Positions 60,252 through 64,000 of a DNA stretch of 64,000 nt are shown here, piece after piece. Numbering within the stretch: position 1 is the stretch's first letter; every line of letters begins with the position of its first letter. The stretch comes from Candidatus Eiseniibacteriota bacterium (GTDB taxonomy: Bacteria > Eisenbacteria > RBG-16-71-46 > JABDJR01). The position numbers were made by a program, and so were the translations under genes. The notes beneath the pieces are model-generated. The model was not told the origin of the DNA. It searched no databases and worked only from the letters and a program-made list of their open reading frames with translations. Where the stretch lies: assembly GCA_963783375.1 (NCBI GenBank), contig CAWANH010000029.1, positions 1,280,001 through 1,344,000 on the forward strand. Reading direction: 5' to 3'.

Positions 60252-61802
60252 AGGGCACCGCCTTGATCCGTTCCACGGCCTCGGAGCCGGTCTCCTCGGC
60301 CTCGGTCTTGTCCACCTTCACCGGGTGGGCATGGAGATAGTCGGGAAGGAAGAGCCCGGTGAGCACCCGTCCTTCCATGTACCCCGGCACCGTCTCCCCC
60401 TCCAGATACATGAGGGTGGGGGTGATGTCGAGCAGGTTCTGGCGGCCCTCGAGCTTCCCGTTCCCGAACATGGGTCCCGAGGCGATCAGGATCCCGTGCA
60501 CCTCGTGGTGGGCGCTGAAGGAGAAGGCCGGGGTGCCGAACGGGGGCCTTGTCCCCGCTCTCATTGATGAGGTAGTAGCCGGGCCGGGCCAGGAACACCA
60601 GGTCGGGGGCCTTGTCGGTGTAGCGTCCGGTGAAGACGTTCTCCTTGCGATCGCCGAAGATCACCGGGCAGAGCCCGTTCTGGGGGTCGCGGGCGGCGAG
60701 GATCCGGCGAAGCACCTCGTCCACCTCCGCGTCGTGCTGCTCCCGGGTCAGGGTCGCGTTGTACTCCCGCCCGATCTCCGGCACGTAGAGCATGGTGGCG
60801 TTGGTCTCGAGGGCGTAGGCGTCGAGTGATCGGCTTCTCGCCGTCCGGCGGGTGGGCGAGGAAGGACTCGGGGCGGAAGGCCCGGTGGACCCCGCAGAAT
60901 CCGTGGTCGGAGAGCACGATCACCGCCAGCTCCCGCCCCTGCGCGGCGGCCTGGGCCGAGGCCTGATCCACCAGCTCCCCTACCGCCTCATCGATCGCCT
61001 CGTAGACGTGAAGGATGCTGTCTCCGAACCGGGGAGCCAGGGCCGGATCGTAGAAGGGGTGATCCTTCTCCATGAACTTCCAGAAGAAGTGCTGGATCCG
61101 GTCGGTTCCGGTGAAGACCACCCAGTACATGTCGAGGTCGGGGTTCTCCTCCCCCAGTTCCAGGGCCACCTGCTTCCGTTTCCTGAAGGTGCCCACGATC
61201 TCCGATTCCAGATCGGCCTCGTGTCCCGCGATCAGGGCCTCCCCCATCCGGTCCAGGCGATAGCCCTCCCGGTGGAGCCGCGCCTCCAGCTCCGGAGGAT
61301 AGGCGAACCCCACGGAATCGGGATGAGGCAGGCCGGCCACCATGAAGCCGTCCACCGGGTCCGGGGGATCGGTCATCGGCATGTTCAGCATACCAACCTT
61401 GTGGCCGGCTTCGGAGAGGAGCGTCCACACCCCGGGCACCCGCCGGCTTCGCGCGGTCTCGCTGTAGACAATCATGCTGTCGGGGTCGAGGCGGAAGAAG
61501 TCGAAGATCCCATGCATCCCGGGGTTCACCCCGGTGGCGGCGGAGGTCCAGGCCGGGGGGGAGAGCGGGGGGATCACCGAGAGGAGGGGCCCGTAGACCC
61601 CGCCGTCTCGGAGGGCCTTCAGCCGAGGGAGGTGCCCCTGGTCCATGAAGGGTCCCATGAGATCCCAGGTGGCGCCGTCCATTCCGATCACCAGGACCTT
61701 GGGCGGGTTCTGCCCCTTGCCGCACCCACCCAGGAACGCGACCCCCAGGAACGCTATGCAACCGGCGAGGAGGATCGAGGCCCGGGGTCGGAGTCTTCTC
61801 AC
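60241..61802 (-). pseudogene. Alkaline phosphatase superfamily lipoprotein paralog with two frameshifts (near 60824 and 60544)
   Basis: IGMDGATW, PPAWTSAATGVNPG, TDRIQHFFW and SDHGF in frame A; APDLVF in frame B; HEVHGIL, DITPTL and IKAVPYVQ in frame C. Confidence 0.82.
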
Positions 61803-61808
61803 GTCGGG

Positions 61809-62525
61809 TCAGCGATTGTAGAGGGTCTTGACGCCACCCCAGGTGGACTCTTCGGTGACCCGCTTGAGACAGGGCAGGCTCCCCTTCTCGCTGTCGTCGT
61901 CGGAGAAGCCGACCCAGCCGAGATGGGTCGTCTCGAGGTAGGTGGTCGCGGGCCCGTCACAATCCACGAGCTGTATGTTCTTCCCCGGCCCGTCGACGAT
62001 CTCGAGCCGGTCCGGGCTGTAGGCGGTCACGGTGAAGTACCCGGCCACCGCGGTCACCCCGTCTCCAATCCCCCCCGGCTCGTTCCTCTGGCAGTTGGTG
62101 GTTCTCACCCAGACCATGGTGTTGCCGTGGCCGGCCCCGGCCCGGTTGGGCCAGCCGTCCTGAGGCCACTCGATGTCGGCGCAACTGGTCCACCCGAAGA
62201 TGTCCACGCCGCGGTGGATCTGGTCGTCGTAGCGAAGCCCGCACTGGACCCCGGAGATGCCCGGGCCGGAGTCCGCCTTGAACACACACAGAAATACGAA
62301 ATAACTCAAATTGAGTTCGCCCGTAACCTGGATCTGGTCGTCGTCACAGGCCAGGGGTTCGATCTTCTCGCAGTTGAATCGCGATGTGGCCTCGGAGATG
62401 TAGAAACCCAGGGTGGCGTCCTGTTGGTTGTTGAGTTGCGCCAGGGCGACCCCGGGGAGGGCCCCCGCGGCAATCAGGAGGATCGGGGCGATGCAAAGCA
62501 GGTTGCGAGATCTGGTAGCAATCAT
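61809..62525 (-). CDS. Secreted Cys-containing hypothetical protein with a C-terminal TWGGVKxLY motif
   Basis: AAGGAG RBS, signal peptide, ends EESTWGGVKTLYNR; paralog of 62864-63628. Confidence 0.85.
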   Translation of the reverse strand: MIATRSRNLLCIAPILLIAAGALPGVALAQLNNQQDATLGFYISEATSRFNCEKIEPLACDDDQIQVTGELNLSYFVFLCVFKADSGPGISGVQCGLRYDDQIHRGVDIFGWTSCADIEWPQDGWPNRAGAGHGNTMVWVRTTNCQRNEPGGIGDGVTAVAGYFTVTAYSPDRLEIVDGPGKNIQLVDCDGPATTYLETTHLGWVGFSDDDSEKGSLPCLKRVTEESTWGGVKTLYNR

Positions 62526-62759
62526 GGCCGAGGCAGACTCCTTGAGCCGAAACGGGAGGTGCTCGAAGCGACCTCCCAACCGGCCCTCTGAGGACACACC
62601 GTGCCCATCGGCACCCGGACCGCGGCGGCGTTCCACAACCCGCGGCCCGTCGGGGGTTTCTACCCCCCCGCCGGCACTTTTCTCCCGAAAGTTCCCTCCC
62701 GGGAATTCCCCCCCGGATCAAGCACCATAAGAGTTTAGCAGAGAAACCCCTCCCCGGCC

Positions 62760-62797
62760 AAAAACGAGACGGCGGCCCCCGCGAGGGGACCGCCGCC
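62760..62797 (-). terminator. Probable intrinsic terminator downstream of 62864-63628
   Basis: Minus strand GGCGGTCCCC-TCGC-GGGGGCCGCC followed by GTCTCGTTTTT. Confidence 0.6.
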
Positions 62798-62863
62798 GAT
62801 CGAACGAATCGTCAATGCTACCGGGGGGATAGCGGTTGTCCGCCTCCCCAACCCCGGCGCCGG

Positions 62864-63628
62864 CTAGTTCTGGTACTGCTTCTTGAGGCTCCCCCAGGTC
62901 GTGCTCTTGGTCGGGGTGTAGGGATCGGTGCAGGGGTTGTACCCACCGCCGGGAATGCCGAAAGCAACCTTCCCCGCCGCAGCCGGATAGGAGAGGTCGG
63001 AAAGAGCCGGTCCCGGACAGTCCACGATCTGGTACTCATCCGGGGTTTCCAGGTTCCGGTTCATGTCCACCGCCATGATGTCCGGGCCGTAGGCGTACAC
63101 GTAGAATACGCACGCCGTGGCGTGAACCTTGTGCGGCGGAATCACATGGCGCTGGCAGTTGGTGGTGCGGACCCAGATCAGCCGGTTGCCGCCGCTGGCG
63201 GACGGGAACTCGGTGGAAGGGTCCACGATGCTGTTGATTCCGTTGGTGTATTCGAGATCCGAGCAGAACGTGTACCCGAACACGTCGACGCCCTCACCGT
63301 CGGTCTGAACGCCGGGAGTATTCCCGTACGTCACGCCGAGGCTGACACCGCTGATTCCCAGCATGGAGTCCGCTTCGGCGACGATCATGAACACGTCGGC
63401 GCCAACGCCCACATCCCACTCATCGACGTAGTCCTGGCAGCCGACGCCCGCAGCCTCGGGAGAATTGTCGCAGTTGATGCCCTTGGTGTTGTGGGCCTGG
63501 ACATGCATGGTGACCACCGAGTTTTCCTGGCCGTTGGTGATTTGGGCCAGGACCTGCGCGCTCCCCATCATTGCGAACATGGCCGCGAGAACCGCGACGA
63601 ACCCGGCCTGTCTTATCAGCAGTTTCAT
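62864..63628 (-). CDS. Secreted Cys-containing hypothetical protein with a C-terminal TWGSLKxxY motif
   Basis: Signal peptide MKLL...VLA; ends KSTTWGSLKKQYQN; shares WVRTTNCQR with its neighbour. Confidence 0.85.
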   Translation of the reverse strand: MKLLIRQAGFVAVLAAMFAMMGSAQVLAQITNGQENSVVTMHVQAHNTKGINCDNSPEAAGVGCQDYVDEWDVGVGADVFMIVAEADSMLGISGVSLGVTYGNTPGVQTDGEGVDVFGYTFCSDLEYTNGINSIVDPSTEFPSASGGNRLIWVRTTNCQRHVIPPHKVHATACVFYVYAYGPDIMAVDMNRNLETPDEYQIVDCPGPALSDLSYPAAAGKVAFGIPGGGYNPCTDPYTPTKSTTWGSLKKQYQN

Positions 63629-63742
63629 GGTAGGACCCCCTTCTCCGAACATCCGTTGCGAGGGAGCGACTTCATTCGGGCTTTGTCTTGTAACCACCCA
63701 GCGGTGCCGCCCCTCCCGATGACACGCGCTTGGCTTCAGGAT

Positions 63743-63758
63743 AGCAGAGACTTTGCCA
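63743..63758 (-). promoter_or_regulatory. Putative sigma54 promoter
   Basis: TGGCAAAGTCTCTGCT has GG-N10-GC spacing and lies about 115 nt upstream of the ATG at 63628. Confidence 0.55.
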
Positions 63759-64000
63759 GACGGCTCGGCCAAACGACAAGCCCAAAAAAGACCGCGGTTT
63801 GGCTGCCGGAGGAGGTCTCGCCTCCGCCGGGCGCCCGCCGGGCGAGGGGGGTCGCCGGTCCCCCTTGGAACGTTCAGGACCGGCGGAGATGCGGGCCCGG
63901 GGGGGCTTCCCGGATTCGTGAGCAGTCTGGTAGACGTCGGCGCCCGTGTGCAGCGGCCAGGTCGGTGGTGAACTCGCTGCAAGGGAGATGGGGTCCAGCC

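Overview
GC-rich (roughly 70% by eye) bacterial chromosome segment. FlgD-Ig C-terminal domains, a C25/PorU-like protein, a GWxTD protein and TWGxxK-terminated secreted proteins suggest an FCB-related diderm such as Ca. Eisenbacteria or Krumholzibacteriota (inference). Housekeeping content: a PyrR-attenuated pyrR-pyrB-pyrC-carA-carB operon with a 3x63-bp repeat and hairpin element between pyrC and carA; glyQS; eda; a phoH-pgpH-ybeY-CBS-CBS-DUF502-recO operon; tRNA-Gln(TTG); ptsN-vanZ-hisS-aspS; HU. The best candidate for an undescribed system is on the minus strand at 36302-42790. Two tandem sigma54 (-24/-12) promoter motifs with IHF-like sites precede a ~120-aa secreted peptide precursor, a TPR-GAF-AAA+-HTH sigma54 activator, a TPR-GWxTD protein and a TonB-like protein. 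This looks like an autoregulated, peptide-sensing (RRNPP-like) sigma54 circuit. A third sigma54 motif precedes two paralogous secreted proteins that share a C-terminal TWGxxKxxY motif. Three genes carry four apparent frameshifts, probably assembly errors. No CRISPR, rRNA, transposase or integrase was recognised.
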